A program made the translations under genes and the position numbers. From Thermoplasmata archaeon (GTDB lineage Archaea > Thermoplasmatota > Thermoplasmata > RBG-16-68-12): a stretch of 64,000 nt of DNA. The stretch spans positions 14,941 through 78,940 of the forward strand of contig DASWDU010000034.1 of assembly GCA_036395115.1 (NCBI GenBank), written 5' to 3'. The notes beneath the pieces are model-generated. The model was not told the origin of the DNA. It saw only the letters and a list, made by a program, of their open reading frames with translations, and made no database searches. Below, one piece after another: positions 19,059-29,683 of the stretch. Position 1 is the first letter of the stretch; every line of letters begins with the position of its first letter.

Positions 19059-20207
19059 GTGATCGGCGCGGGCATGACGATCTTCCGACGGCGTCTCCAG
19101 GAGACCGGGAAGGAGATGTGCTTCGAGGCCACGCGGATGGCGCTGGATTCCGCCGGCCTCTCGATTGGCGACGTCGAGATGGTGGTGAACGGCACCGCTC
19201 CGGACGCCTTCGACGGCGTCCACATGAAGGGCGAGTACCTCCTCGACGGCTGCGGCGGGTACCGCAGGCCGTACACCCGCGTCTTCACGGGCGGCGGGAC
19301 CGGCGTCTTCAGCACGATCGCGGGCTGGTGGCACGTGGCCTCCGGCCTCGCGGACGTCGTTCTGGTCGTGAACGAGGAGAAGATGTCGTCCTGCCAGCCG
19401 CATCCGCAGTCGGTCTTCGCGCACATCTGGGATCCGATCCTGGACCGCCCGCTGAAGCCCAACCTGGTATGGATCTTCGCGATGGAGATGAACCGCTACA
19501 TGACGGTCTACGGGATCAAGAAGGAGGACATCGCCCGCGTGGCGGTCAAGAACAAGCGGAACGCGGTCGGCCATCCGTGCGCCCAGCTCGCGGACCCGAA
19601 CATCACGGTCGACGACGTCCTGAAGAGCGAGGTCATGGCGTGGCCCGTCCAGCGGCTCGACATCAGCCCTCCCAGCGACGGCGCGTCCGCCGTGGTGCTC
19701 GCGTCGGACGACTTCATCCGCCGACGGCGGATCAAGGACCGCGCGTGGATCTCCGGCGTCGGGTGGTGCATCGACTCGACGATGTGGACGGATCGGGACC
19801 TCGTCTTCCCGGAGTACGTCGCGCGCGCCGCGAAGATGGCATATCAGATGGCGAAGATCCGCGACCCCCGTCGGGAGATCGACTTCGCGGAGCCCTACGA
19901 CCCGTTCGACTACAAGGAGCTGCACCACCTCGAAGGATTGATGCTCGCGAAGAAGGGCGAGGCGCCGAAGCTCACGCGAGAGGGCGTGACGGAGCGCGAC
20001 GGTGCGATGCCCGTGTGCCCATCCGGCGGCCTCATGGGCGTCGGGAATCCGATCGCGGCGACGATGGGCATGAAGGTCGGCGAGCTGTTCTGGCAGCTCA
20101 CGGGCCAGGCGGGCAAGCGGCAAATCCCGCACGAGGTCCGCACCGGGGTGTCGCAGGCCTGGGGCGACCTGATGCAGTACGGCTGCGTGGTGGTGATGCG
20201 GGCATGA
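19059..20207 (+). CDS. Thiolase-like protein (SCP-x type) 2
   Basis: '(V)IGAGMTIFRRRL...'; '...PVCPSGGLMGVGNPIAATMGMKVGELFWQL...'. Start ambiguous: GTG at 19059 or ATG at 19074. Confidence 0.75.
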   Translation: MIGAGMTIFRRRLQETGKEMCFEATRMALDSAGLSIGDVEMVVNGTAPDAFDGVHMKGEYLLDGCGGYRRPYTRVFTGGGTGVFSTIAGWWHVASGLADVVLVVNEEKMSSCQPHPQSVFAHIWDPILDRPLKPNLVWIFAMEMNRYMTVYGIKKEDIARVAVKNKRNAVGHPCAQLADPNITVDDVLKSEVMAWPVQRLDISPPSDGASAVVLASDDFIRRRRIKDRAWISGVGWCIDSTMWTDRDLVFPEYVARAAKMAYQMAKIRDPRREIDFAEPYDPFDYKELHHLEGLMLAKKGEAPKLTREGVTERDGAMPVCPSGGLMGVGNPIAATMGMKVGELFWQLTGQAGKRQIPHEVRTGVSQAWGDLMQYGCVVVMRA

Positions 20208-20725
20208 CCGCGCGCGTCGCGAAGTGGCCCGGGGTCGAGCTGAGCGCCGCCGACCTCCTCGAGGGCAAGGTCACGCAGACGCGCTTCCGGCCCGAGGCCA
20301 AGTACGCATGGTCCGCGGGTGAGGCGATCTCCCGGTTCCTCGAAGAGCTGCAAGCCGGACGGCTGATTGCGCGGACCTGCCATCGCTGCGAACGAGTCCT
20401 GTTCCCGCCGCGGATGTTCTGCGAGGAATGCTTCCGGCCGACGGATGCGTGGACGTATATCCGCGATACGGGCACGATCGAGACGTACTCGGTGTCGTAC
20501 CTCGATACGGACGCGAAGCGAATCTCGGAACCCATCCTCGTCGGCGTCGTGAGCCTCGACGGCGCCTCCCCGAAGATGGGGATGATGCACTACTTCGGCG
20601 AGATGACGAAGGACGAGATCCGAATCGGGATGCGGGTGAAGGCGGCCTGGCGGCCGGCCGCGGAGCGGAAGGGGAGCGTCCTCGACATCCGCTACTTCCG
20701 GCCGCTGCGGGAGGGGGAGGGATGA
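20204..20725 (+). CDS. DUF35 protein (zinc ribbon plus OB-fold; thiolase-associated scaffold/ChsH2-C-like)
   Basis: ATGA overlap with the upstream gene. 'CHRCERVLFPPRMFCEECF' zinc ribbon followed by an OB-fold-like region. Confidence 0.75.
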   Translation: MTARVAKWPGVELSAADLLEGKVTQTRFRPEAKYAWSAGEAISRFLEELQAGRLIARTCHRCERVLFPPRMFCEECFRPTDAWTYIRDTGTIETYSVSYLDTDAKRISEPILVGVVSLDGASPKMGMMHYFGEMTKDEIRIGMRVKAAWRPAAERKGSVLDIRYFRPLREGEG

Positions 20726-21204
20726 CGTTCCTCGAGCGAACGACGGACGCCCGGCGGTACCGGGCGTGGGAGGGGAACATGGAGGCCGACTACATCTACA
20801 CGTCCGGCGTCGCGGGGGAGCGGTTCTTCGTCGCGCTTCGGGACGAAGGCCGTCTCCTTGCCACTCGGTGCACCGCGTGCGGCCTCGACTACCTCCCGCC
20901 GCGAATCTTCTGCGAAGTGTGCTTCGCCGAGCTCACGGAGTCCGTCCCCGTCCCGCCCGAGGGCCGGATCGCGTCCGTCACCGTCGCCCACCAGGACCGC
21001 ACGGGGGCCCTCGCATCGCCCCCGCAGGTCTGGGTGTTCGTCACGTTCAAAGGGGTCCGAGGCGGCCTCCTCCACCGCTTCCTGGGGGCTCCGGACGCCC
21101 CCCGGCCGGGGACACGCGTCCGCGTCCGGCTCCGACCGCGGGAGGCGCGGACCGGGACGATCGCGGACATCGAGGGGTTCGAGCCCGCCCGTTACGCAAA
21201 ATGA
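20722..21204 (+). CDS. DUF35 protein, second copy
   Basis: ATGA overlap with the upstream gene. '[19 protein letters not shown]' zinc ribbon. Confidence 0.75.
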   Translation: MTFLERTTDARRYRAWEGNMEADYIYTSGVAGERFFVALRDEGRLLATRCTACGLDYLPPRIFCEVCFAELTESVPVPPEGRIASVTVAHQDRTGALASPPQVWVFVTFKGVRGGLLHRFLGAPDAPRPGTRVRVRLRPREARTGTIADIEGFEPARYAK

Positions 21205-21242
21205 AAACCAGCCCGACGGCTTGATAACCCCCCTCTTGGCTA

Positions 21243-21821
21243 TTGACGGCCGTGATGCTGCGCAAACCCACGATGGACCCGGAGTCGAAGACCTACAAGT
21301 TCAAGATCTGCCTTGTGGGGGAAGAGGGCGTCGGCAAGACGAGCCTCATCCATCGTTTCGTGTCCGGTGCGTTCGACGAGTCGTACATCCGCACACTCGG
21401 GGCCGTCGTCTCGAAGAAGACCGTCGCCCTGGGATCGATGCACGGTCGGCCGGTCCAGGTCGACATGATGATCCTCGACATTATGGGCAAGCGGACGTTC
21501 TTGCAGCTGTTCAAGGAAGCGTACTTCCACGGCGCGAAGGGCGTCCTCGCGGTGTTCGACATGACCCGCGCCGCCTCGTTGCGCGACCTGACGAAGTGGA
21601 TCGACGGCGTGCGGGACTCCGTCGGCCCGATCCCGGTGTACGCGCTCGGCAACAAGACCGACCTGACGCAACGCCGCGAGGCGACGCCGGAGGAAGCCTC
21701 GTCGATCCTGCGGTCGTACGAGTGCCCGATCCTGTACACGTCCGCGAAGACGGGCGACAACGTCGAGCAGGCGTTCCAAGGCCTCGCGAAGACGATCGTC
21801 GAGTCGAGCGTCACCGAGTAA
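21243..21821 (+). CDS. Ras/Rab-like small GTPase with non-canonical switch II
   Basis: G1 'GEEGVGKTS', switch I 'YIRTLG', G3 'DIMGKR' (DxxG with the catalytic Gln position replaced), G4 'NKTD', G5 'TSAK'. The true start may be the internal Met 'MDPESK' near 21273. Confidence 0.75.
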   Translation: MTAVMLRKPTMDPESKTYKFKICLVGEEGVGKTSLIHRFVSGAFDESYIRTLGAVVSKKTVALGSMHGRPVQVDMMILDIMGKRTFLQLFKEAYFHGAKGVLAVFDMTRAASLRDLTKWIDGVRDSVGPIPVYALGNKTDLTQRREATPEEASSILRSYECPILYTSAKTGDNVEQAFQGLAKTIVESSVTE

Positions 21822-21871
21822 CGCCGCAACCATCTTATACGCACCGGCGTTTGAAACCGCCCGAGGGTTTC

Positions 21872-23551
<1,680 letters not shown>

Positions 23552-23558
23552 GGACCCC

Positions 23559-23957
23559 ATGCCGAAGAAGATCCGCGTGCTCATCGCGAAGCCTGGCCTG
23601 GACGGCCACGACCGCGGGGCGAAGGTCGTCGCGCGGGCGTTGCGCGACGCGGGGATGGAGGTCATCTATACGGGGCTGCGGCAGACGCCGGAGGACATCG
23701 TCGAGGCCGCGATCCAGGAGGACGTCGACGCGATCGGGCTGTCGTCCCTGAGCGGCGCGCACATGACGCTCTTCCCGGCCGTTGTCCGGCTGCTCAAGAA
23801 GCGGAAGGCGGGCGACATCATCGTGGTGGCCGGAGGGATCATCCCGGAGGAAGACGTTCCGAAGCTCAAGAAGGCGGGCATCCGGATGGTGTTCGGTCCG
23901 GGGACGACGCTCGGCGACATCGTCGCGTTCTTCGAGAAGGCGGGCAAAGATGCGTGA
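23559..23957 (+). CDS. mcmA2: Methylmalonyl-CoA mutase, B12-binding subunit
   Basis: '[35 protein letters not shown]' contains the DxHxxG cobalamin-binding motif. Confidence 0.9.
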   Translation: MPKKIRVLIAKPGLDGHDRGAKVVARALRDAGMEVIYTGLRQTPEDIVEAAIQEDVDAIGLSSLSGAHMTLFPAVVRLLKKRKAGDIIVVAGGIIPEEDVPKLKKAGIRMVFGPGTTLGDIVAFFEKAGKDA

Positions 23958-24975
23958 GCGGGTGTCCCGCAAGAAGCCGTCCGTCCGACGATCGCGGGAT
24001 TCCGTCCGCGGGCTCGTCGAGGCCCTCCTCCGCGGAGATAAGCGGGCGGCGGGAAAGGTCATCTCGCTCATCGAGGACGACGAACCGGAGGCCGTCGAGG
24101 CCGTCGCCCGGATATTCCCGCACACGGGCCGCGCCCACGTCGTCGGGTTCACGGGACCGCCCGGAGCGGGAAAGAGTTCCCTCATCAACCGCCTGGTCCG
24201 CACGTTCCGCGGGAAGGACAAGAAGGTCGGCGTCGTCGCGGTCGATCCGACGTCCCCATATTCGGGCGGCGCGGTGCTAGGCGACCGCATCCGCATGGCG
24301 GACACGGGCGTCGATCCGGGGGTCTTCATCCGCTCCATGGCGACGCGCGGGCACGCGGGCGGACTGGCCCTCGCCACGTTCGACGCGGTGCGGGTCCTCG
24401 ACGCGCTCGGCATGGACGTCGTGTTCGTCGAGACGGTCGGCGCGGGGCAGAGCGAGGTAGAGATCGCGACGCGCGCGCACACGACAGTCGTCGTCGAGAT
24501 GCCCCTGACCGGGGACGTGGTCCAGACGATGAAAGCAGGCATCCTGGAGATCGGCGACGTCTACGTCGTGAACAAGGTGGATCTGGGCAACGACGACGTC
24601 CTCGTGGCGAACCTGACGTTTCAGCTGCAAGCCCGAGACGGCTGGACCCCGCCGATCGTTCGGACGATCGCGACGGACGGCCGCGGAGTCGACGAGCTCG
24701 CCGACGCCCTAGTGCGCCATGCGGAGTTCCTCGACCGAACGGGCCTCCGACGAAAGCGGGAAGTGGCGCGGGCCCGGCTCGAAATCCTGGAGAACGCACA
24801 GCGATCGCTCGCGCGTCGGGTCGAGGACACGTCCCGGTTGGGCGTAGCGTTCGATAGGCTCGCGCAGGAGGTCGCCGATCGCCGGATGGACCCGCACACC
24901 GCGGCCCTGAATCTCCTGGAGCGCCGAAACAAGAGGGCCCGCAAGAGTTCCGGAGACGCTCGGGGTGGGATTTGA
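23950..24975 (+). CDS. meaB: MeaB/ArgK-type G3E GTPase (methylmalonyl-CoA mutase chaperone)
   Basis: Walker A 'GPPGAGKSS'; '...[12 protein letters not shown]...NKVDL...'. Overlaps mcmA2 by 8 nt. Its 3' end overlaps the antisense tRNA. Confidence 0.85.
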   Translation: MRERVSRKKPSVRRSRDSVRGLVEALLRGDKRAAGKVISLIEDDEPEAVEAVARIFPHTGRAHVVGFTGPPGAGKSSLINRLVRTFRGKDKKVGVVAVDPTSPYSGGAVLGDRIRMADTGVDPGVFIRSMATRGHAGGLALATFDAVRVLDALGMDVVFVETVGAGQSEVEIATRAHTTVVVEMPLTGDVVQTMKAGILEIGDVYVVNKVDLGNDDVLVANLTFQLQARDGWTPPIVRTIATDGRGVDELADALVRHAEFLDRTGLRRKREVARARLEILENAQRSLARRVEDTSRLGVAFDRLAQEVADRRMDPHTAALNLLERRNKRARKSSGDARGGI

Positions 24976-25030
24976 ACCCACGATCTGCGACTTAGGAGGT
25001 CGCTGCCTTGTCCGTGCTGGGCCACCCGAG
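24957..25030 (-). tRNA. tRNA-Arg (anticodon CCU)
   Basis: Cloverleaf read from the minus strand: acceptor GCUCGGG/CCCGAGC, anticodon arm GCGAC-CUCCUAA-GUCGC, T-arm GUGGG-UUCAAAU-CCCAC, discriminator G, no encoded CCA. Confidence 0.8.
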
Positions 25031-25127
25031 CGCTGCGACGAGGCCTTGGCCCGCCATTAAAATTTCGGCCTCGATGAACCGATGCGGCCCAGCGTGCGAC
25101 GCAGACCGCGTTTTTTGGCTCAGAGGA

Positions 25128-25991
25128 TCAGAGTTCCTCGGGCGCCTTCTCCGACGACCGCGGTTCCTCTTCCTTCGGGGTCTCGGCGGGCTTCTTCGCC
25201 TTCGTGGCCGTCGCCTTCTTCCTCGGCTTCTTCGGAGGCGGGCCCTCCGGGGGCTTCGCCTTCGATTCCTCGGGCGCCGCCTCGGCGGCCTTCGGCTCCT
25301 TCTTCTCGTACTCTTCGAGGAACCGAATCGTCTTGAGCTCGGATAGCTCGCGGAGGTCCGCGACGACGCGGAACTTCGATACGAACCACTTCTCGTCCGT
25401 CTTGCACACGTCCGGCAGCTGGATCTCGGCGGTGCCGTCCTTCAGTTGGATCTTGAACTGATCGCCGAGTCCGTAGTCCATGTCGAGGATGGCCCGCATT
25501 CGTTCCTCAGGGGTCTTCGCCTTACGCGTCACGCGGAAGGCGTACTTCAGCGTCTTGCCGGCGAGCGGGTTGTTGAAGTCCACCCGGACGCGGCCCGCGC
25601 TGACGGCCGTGACGACTCCGTGCTTGCCCTTGATGGAGACCTCCATCCCGACCTCCGGGTTGATCTCCTGGCGGAGGAACTCCCGTTCCGTCCGAAGCTC
25701 GACGAGCCTCGGATCCCGCGCGCCCGCGCCTTTCTCCGGAGGAATCACGACCTCCTTCGGTTCGCCGAGGGTCGCCCGGAGGAGCGCCTCCTCGAGACCC
25801 TCGAAGAGCCGGCCGCGGCCGACGACGACGGGGGCTTCCATGTAAACCTTCTTCTCGTCGAACTTGCCCTCCTTCTTCGCGACCTCGTCGTGGGTCGTGT
25901 CGAAGAGGGTCTGGGTCCCGGTCGGGTTGATCGTCCAGGCGTCATACTCGAGCCAGACGATGTCCCCTTTCTCGATCGATTCGGAAACCAA
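25128..25991 (-). CDS. FKBP-type peptidyl-prolyl cis-trans isomerase (archaeal long type) with Lys/Glu/Pro-rich C-terminal tail
   Basis: FKBP fold '...GDIVWLEYDAWT...VGRGRLFEGLEEAL...' and a low-complexity tail 'KAKPPEGPPPKKPRKKATATKAKK'. Confidence 0.8.
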   Translation of the reverse strand: MVSESIEKGDIVWLEYDAWTINPTGTQTLFDTTHDEVAKKEGKFDEKKVYMEAPVVVGRGRLFEGLEEALLRATLGEPKEVVIPPEKGAGARDPRLVELRTEREFLRQEINPEVGMEVSIKGKHGVVTAVSAGRVRVDFNNPLAGKTLKYAFRVTRKAKTPEERMRAILDMDYGLGDQFKIQLKDGTAEIQLPDVCKTDEKWFVSKFRVVADLRELSELKTIRFLEEYEKKEPKAAEAAPEESKAKPPEGPPPKKPRKKATATKAKKPAETPKEEEPRSSEKAPEEL

Positions 25992-26065
25992 CCGCCCACC
26001 GCAGGTTTGGTTCGGAAGGGACCCGCTCGCTTAAACCTTGCGGGGCGCGGAGGCGATGCCGGGGC

Positions 26066-27013
26066 TCACTTGTTCATTCCGATGGCCACAGAGATCCGCT
26101 TGTACCGATTCCGGATCGTGACTTCCGTCACGCCGGCGACCTCGGCGACTTCCTTCTGCGTGCACGGTTTGTTCGACAAGATGGCCGCGATGTAGATCGT
26201 CGCGGCGGCGACGCCGCTCGGCGCGACGCCCGACGCCAACTCGTCTTTCTCGACCTTGTCCAGGATCTCCTTCGCCTTCCGCTGGACGTCCATCTCCAGG
26301 TTCAGCCGATTGCAGAACCGCGCGATGTAGTCCCGAGGGCTCTGCGGGAGCAGCTTCAGGCCGAGTTCCCGGACGAGCGTCCGGTACGTGCGGCCGATTG
26401 ACTTGCGGTTGACGCTCGACTTCGAGGCGATCTCGTCGAGGGTCCGCGGCACGCCGCACTGGCGGCACGAGGCGTACAAGGTCGCCGCGACGACCTCGTC
26501 GATCGAGCGCCCGCGGACGAGGTTCTTCGTCGACGCCCGCCGGTATAGGACCGCGGCGCTCTCGCGGACGTGACGCGGGAGGCCCAGCTTCGACGCCATC
26601 GTGTTGATTTCCGTCAGGCCTTGGGCGAGGGACCGCTCCCCGCTCTTCGACGTGCGGATGCGGTGCTGCCACTTCCGCAGCCGGTAGATCTGGGCTCGGG
26701 ACTTGTGCGGGATCTGGCGCCCGTAGGCGTCCTTGTTCCGCCACCCGATCGATGTCGAAAGGCCCTTGTCGTGGGCCATGATCGTGCCCGGCGGCCCGGC
26801 CCGCTCGCGGGACTCCCGCTGTTCGGAATCGAAGGCCCGCCATTCCGGGCCCTCGTCGATGATCATGTCGTCCAGCACAAGCCCACAGTCCTCGCAGACG
26901 ATCTCCGCCCGCCCATAGTCCCGGACCAGGTGCTCCCCGTGGCACTCCGGACACTGGGTCGTAATCTCTACTTCCCGCACGCCAACAGTCCTCCCCCACG
27001 GAGAATAGTACAA
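26066..27013 (-). CDS. tfb: Transcription initiation factor IIB (TFB)
   Basis: N-terminal zinc ribbon '[10 protein letters not shown]...CEDCG', two cyclin-fold repeats, and C-terminal HTH '...[18 protein letters not shown]'. Confidence 0.95.
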   Translation of the reverse strand: MYYSPWGRTVGVREVEITTQCPECHGEHLVRDYGRAEIVCEDCGLVLDDMIIDEGPEWRAFDSEQRESRERAGPPGTIMAHDKGLSTSIGWRNKDAYGRQIPHKSRAQIYRLRKWQHRIRTSKSGERSLAQGLTEINTMASKLGLPRHVRESAAVLYRRASTKNLVRGRSIDEVVAATLYASCRQCGVPRTLDEIASKSSVNRKSIGRTYRTLVRELGLKLLPQSPRDYIARFCNRLNLEMDVQRKAKEILDKVEKDELASGVAPSGVAAATIYIAAILSNKPCTQKEVAEVAGVTEVTIRNRYKRISVAIGMNK

Positions 27014-27030
27014 ACCCTACGAGACAGGAA

Positions 27031-27038
27031 TTATATAA
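27031..27038 (-). promoter_or_regulatory. TATA box (TTATATAA) with purine-rich BRE-like upstream, ~20 nt from the tfb ATG (leaderless-type promoter)
   Basis: Palindromic 'ttatataa' preceded on the coding strand by 'aaggg'; position relative to the ATG at 27013. Confidence 0.4.
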
Positions 27039-27132
27039 CCCTTGCCCACGGGGAGGCTCGGCTTCGACGGTTGGAGAACTGGAAAATTCTCTCGGGATGA
27101 GTCACGCAGGCGGGCCCGGGCCTCGCGGGGAT

Positions 27133-27870
27133 CTACGGCCGGAATTCGATTGATTCGCCGTTGCGCAACATGCGCCACCGGCCGGGCAACGTCGGGAGGA
27201 CCTCCGAACACACCACCCGCATCTCCTCCGTGCCGGTCTCGTGCAGCGTGTAGTACGGTACGCACGTCCGGGCGTCGCGGTGGGCGATCAGCCTCTCGCC
27301 ATCGAGGAGGAGGAACGTGTACGACTCGACCTTCCGGGGGAAGCGCTCGTCGATGCTCGCCTTCGCCTTCGCGATCGCCTGCTTCACCTCCGGGAGCGGA
27401 CGGCTCTCTGGGCCCAGCGATTCGACGAACCGGTCGAAGATGAACTGCGAGTCGATCTGCCCGTCCTGCACCCCGAACTCCGCAATCTCGCCGTTGTGCG
27501 CGAAGAACACGGTCCGGCCGTCGACCTCGCGGCGGAACGGGTGGCAGTAGCGCTCCTGGATCGTGTCCCGCTTCGACGCGTACCTGAGGTGGGCCACGAG
27601 GACGAGCGGCGGGCTGCACGTCCGGATCATCTGGCGGATCGCGTCCTCGTACTTCGGATCCGCCGTCGCCTTCGCAGCGCTCCGCGCGTAGAATTCGCCC
27701 TCCTGGGCTACGCAAGCGATCCCCCAGCCGTCCGGGTGGCCGGACTTCGGGTTGGGCTGCGGACATCCGAAATCCCGGAAGTTCCGGCCCGTGTCGGCGA
27801 GCTGCCGGAACGCGAGGAGCGTGTCCGCCGGCACGGGCTTCCGGCTCACGACCGCGAGCATCCGGCACAT
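27133..27870 (-). CDS. Class II (Ntn-type) glutamine amidotransferase, YafJ-like
   Basis: 'MCRMLAVVS' with an N-terminal Cys nucleophile right after the Met; '...GWGIACV...HLRYAS...'; 245 aa. Confidence 0.75.
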   Translation of the reverse strand: MCRMLAVVSRKPVPADTLLAFRQLADTGRNFRDFGCPQPNPKSGHPDGWGIACVAQEGEFYARSAAKATADPKYEDAIRQMIRTCSPPLVLVAHLRYASKRDTIQERYCHPFRREVDGRTVFFAHNGEIAEFGVQDGQIDSQFIFDRFVESLGPESRPLPEVKQAIAKAKASIDERFPRKVESYTFLLLDGERLIAHRDARTCVPYYTLHETGTEEMRVVCSEVLPTLPGRWRMLRNGESIEFRP

Positions 27871-27872
27871 CG

Positions 27873-28364
27873 TCAGCCCAGCTTGTAGCCGATCTTGCGC
27901 AGGAACGCGATTCGCTCCGCGCGGTCTCCCTCCGTCTCCACGCCTTTCGCCCGATCTCCGTCGACCACGCCGAGGACGCCGCGTCCGCGGTGCGTCGTCG
28001 CCACGATTACGTCCACGGGGTTCGCCGTCGCGGCGAAGATCGTCACGATCTCGGGCACGTCTCGAAGCGCCCGGAGGACGTTGATCGGGTACGCGTCCTC
28101 CAAGAAGACGACGAAGAAGTGACCGGCCCCGACCGCCAGGGCGTTCTTCGCCGCGAGGCCCTTCAGTCGGAGATCGTTCCCTTCCGCGCGGACCAGGCAC
28201 GGCCCGGACGCCTCGCAGAACGCGACGCCGAATCGGATCCCGGGGACGGACCCGACGAGCGCCTCGTGGACGTCCTCCGCCGTCTTGATGAAGTGGGTCT
28301 GACCGAGGATGACGTTCAGCCCGTCCGGGTTCTCGATGGGGACGATCTCCGTGTCCACCGCCAT
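27873..28364 (-). CDS. Conserved archaeal ~160-aa protein (possibly adenosine-specific kinase family; tentative)
   Basis: 'MAVDTEIVPIENPDGLNVILGQTHFIKTAEDVHEAL...'. Directly upstream of, and co-oriented with, the amidotransferase. Family assignment is from memory only. Confidence 0.4.
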   Translation of the reverse strand: MAVDTEIVPIENPDGLNVILGQTHFIKTAEDVHEALVGSVPGIRFGVAFCEASGPCLVRAEGNDLRLKGLAAKNALAVGAGHFFVVFLEDAYPINVLRALRDVPEIVTIFAATANPVDVIVATTHRGRGVLGVVDGDRAKGVETEGDRAERIAFLRKIGYKLG

Positions 28365-28369
28365 CGCCG

Positions 28370-28783
28370 ATGTATCGACCCCGGCCGATTAAAGTATTGT
28401 TCTCGGACGCGTGGACGTACGTTACGTGCACGCGGAAGGGAGAGGGACCCGTCCTCCATGCGCTTCCCATGGCACGCATCAAGGGGCTGTGGGCCGTCCT
28501 GTTCGAGGTCGAAGACGCGGACGCGAGAGAGGACTTGGCGCTCGTCGCAACGGCGATCCAGGTGCACTTCGCGAACGGGGTCACGCGGGAGCGGGCCGTC
28601 ACCGAGTTCATGGCAATCCGGTTCCGATGGCCCGCGTCGCGGACCCGCAAGCGGTTGCAAGGCCTCGTCGACCTCGGGGTGCTCCGCTGCACGCGGGATC
28701 TGTCGGACAACTGGACGAAGGTCTACGAGGTCGTCGACCGCCCCCACGTCCCTGCGGCGTTCGCCCTCGAGATGGCCGGGTGA
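28370..28783 (+). CDS. Hypothetical protein (possible HTH)
   Basis: ORF with '...SRTRKRLQGLVDLGVLR...'. An internal Met 'MARIKGLW' is a possible alternative start. Confidence 0.3.
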   Translation: MYRPRPIKVLFSDAWTYVTCTRKGEGPVLHALPMARIKGLWAVLFEVEDADAREDLALVATAIQVHFANGVTRERAVTEFMAIRFRWPASRTRKRLQGLVDLGVLRCTRDLSDNWTKVYEVVDRPHVPAAFALEMAG

Positions 28784-28787
28784 GCGC

Positions 28788-29297
28788 TCACCGCCCGGCA
28801 CGGACGGTGGCCTTGCGGACCCGCTCGAGGAATCCGGACGAGCGGAGCGGCTGGTAGCAGAGCATGAAGAAGTCCGACGCGACGAGGACGAAGATCTCCC
28901 GCGGGACGCGCCGCATCGACCGGTGCCGAACCGCGGCGACCTCGCCCTCCGGATGGAATTCGAACGGGAACCCCATCTTGCGGCTCGAGGCCACGAGCCG
29001 TCGCACCGGGCTGCTCGGCCGGCGCACGATCGATTCGTGGAGCGTCCCGTTCGGCGGGCGGACGAACGCGTACGCCACGACCTCGGGCGGATCCGCGACT
29101 CCGGGGAAGACGCCGACTCGCAGCGCGAAGCCGAACGAGAAGCCCGCTTGCGCGGTTCGGCGGACGCGGGAGAAGCGGTAGCCCACGAACCCGTGGTTCG
29201 CGATCCGCGTGCGGCGGAAGTTCTCCATCGGCCATTGCAGCGGGCGCCGGATCCGCTCGAACGTCGCGGCGATCTCGTCCCGCCGATCCGTCGCCAT
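28788..29297 (-). CDS. Hypothetical protein
   Basis: Met 'MATDRRDEIAATFERIRRPLQW...' inside a longer ORF whose N-terminal part is charged low-complexity. Confidence 0.35.
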   Translation of the reverse strand: MATDRRDEIAATFERIRRPLQWPMENFRRTRIANHGFVGYRFSRVRRTAQAGFSFGFALRVGVFPGVADPPEVVAYAFVRPPNGTLHESIVRRPSSPVRRLVASSRKMGFPFEFHPEGEVAAVRHRSMRRVPREIFVLVASDFFMLCYQPLRSSGFLERVRKATVRAGR

Positions 29298-29378
29298 CGG
29301 TCCAGTGGAGTCCGTGGAAGGCCATAATCCCTCGGTCGTCCGAGGCCTTCTTGTACCGAACCGCCGCTCCGCGGGCCG

Positions 29379-29588
29379 ATGGAGCGCCGATCGGCCGCGC
29401 TCACGCTCGTCGCCGGGCTCGCGGCGTGCGTCGTCACGGTCGCGACGTTCCTCGTCGACCTCGGGGACCACGACCTCGCGGAAGGCTTCGGACTGCTCGC
29501 GTTCGTTCTCGGCCTGTTTCTCGTCTGGGAGGGCGGGTTCAGCCTGTGGCGGGAACGTGCCCTCGCGGGCCGCCAGAAGCCGAGGTAG
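29379..29588 (+). CDS. Hypothetical small membrane protein (two TM)
   Basis: 'LTLVAGLAACVVTVATFLV' and 'LLAFVLGLFLVW' hydrophobic segments; upstream of the aminopeptidase. Confidence 0.25.
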   Translation: MERRSAALTLVAGLAACVVTVATFLVDLGDHDLAEGFGLLAFVLGLFLVWEGGFSLWRERALAGRQKPR

Positions 29589-29683
29589 CCGCCACATCCG
29601 GTCGGCCGCCGACGCCCGATTCCGTGACGTTAACTACATATTCGCCAAGACGCTGCCGGCGACCGGAGACCCCAGGGCCTCGC

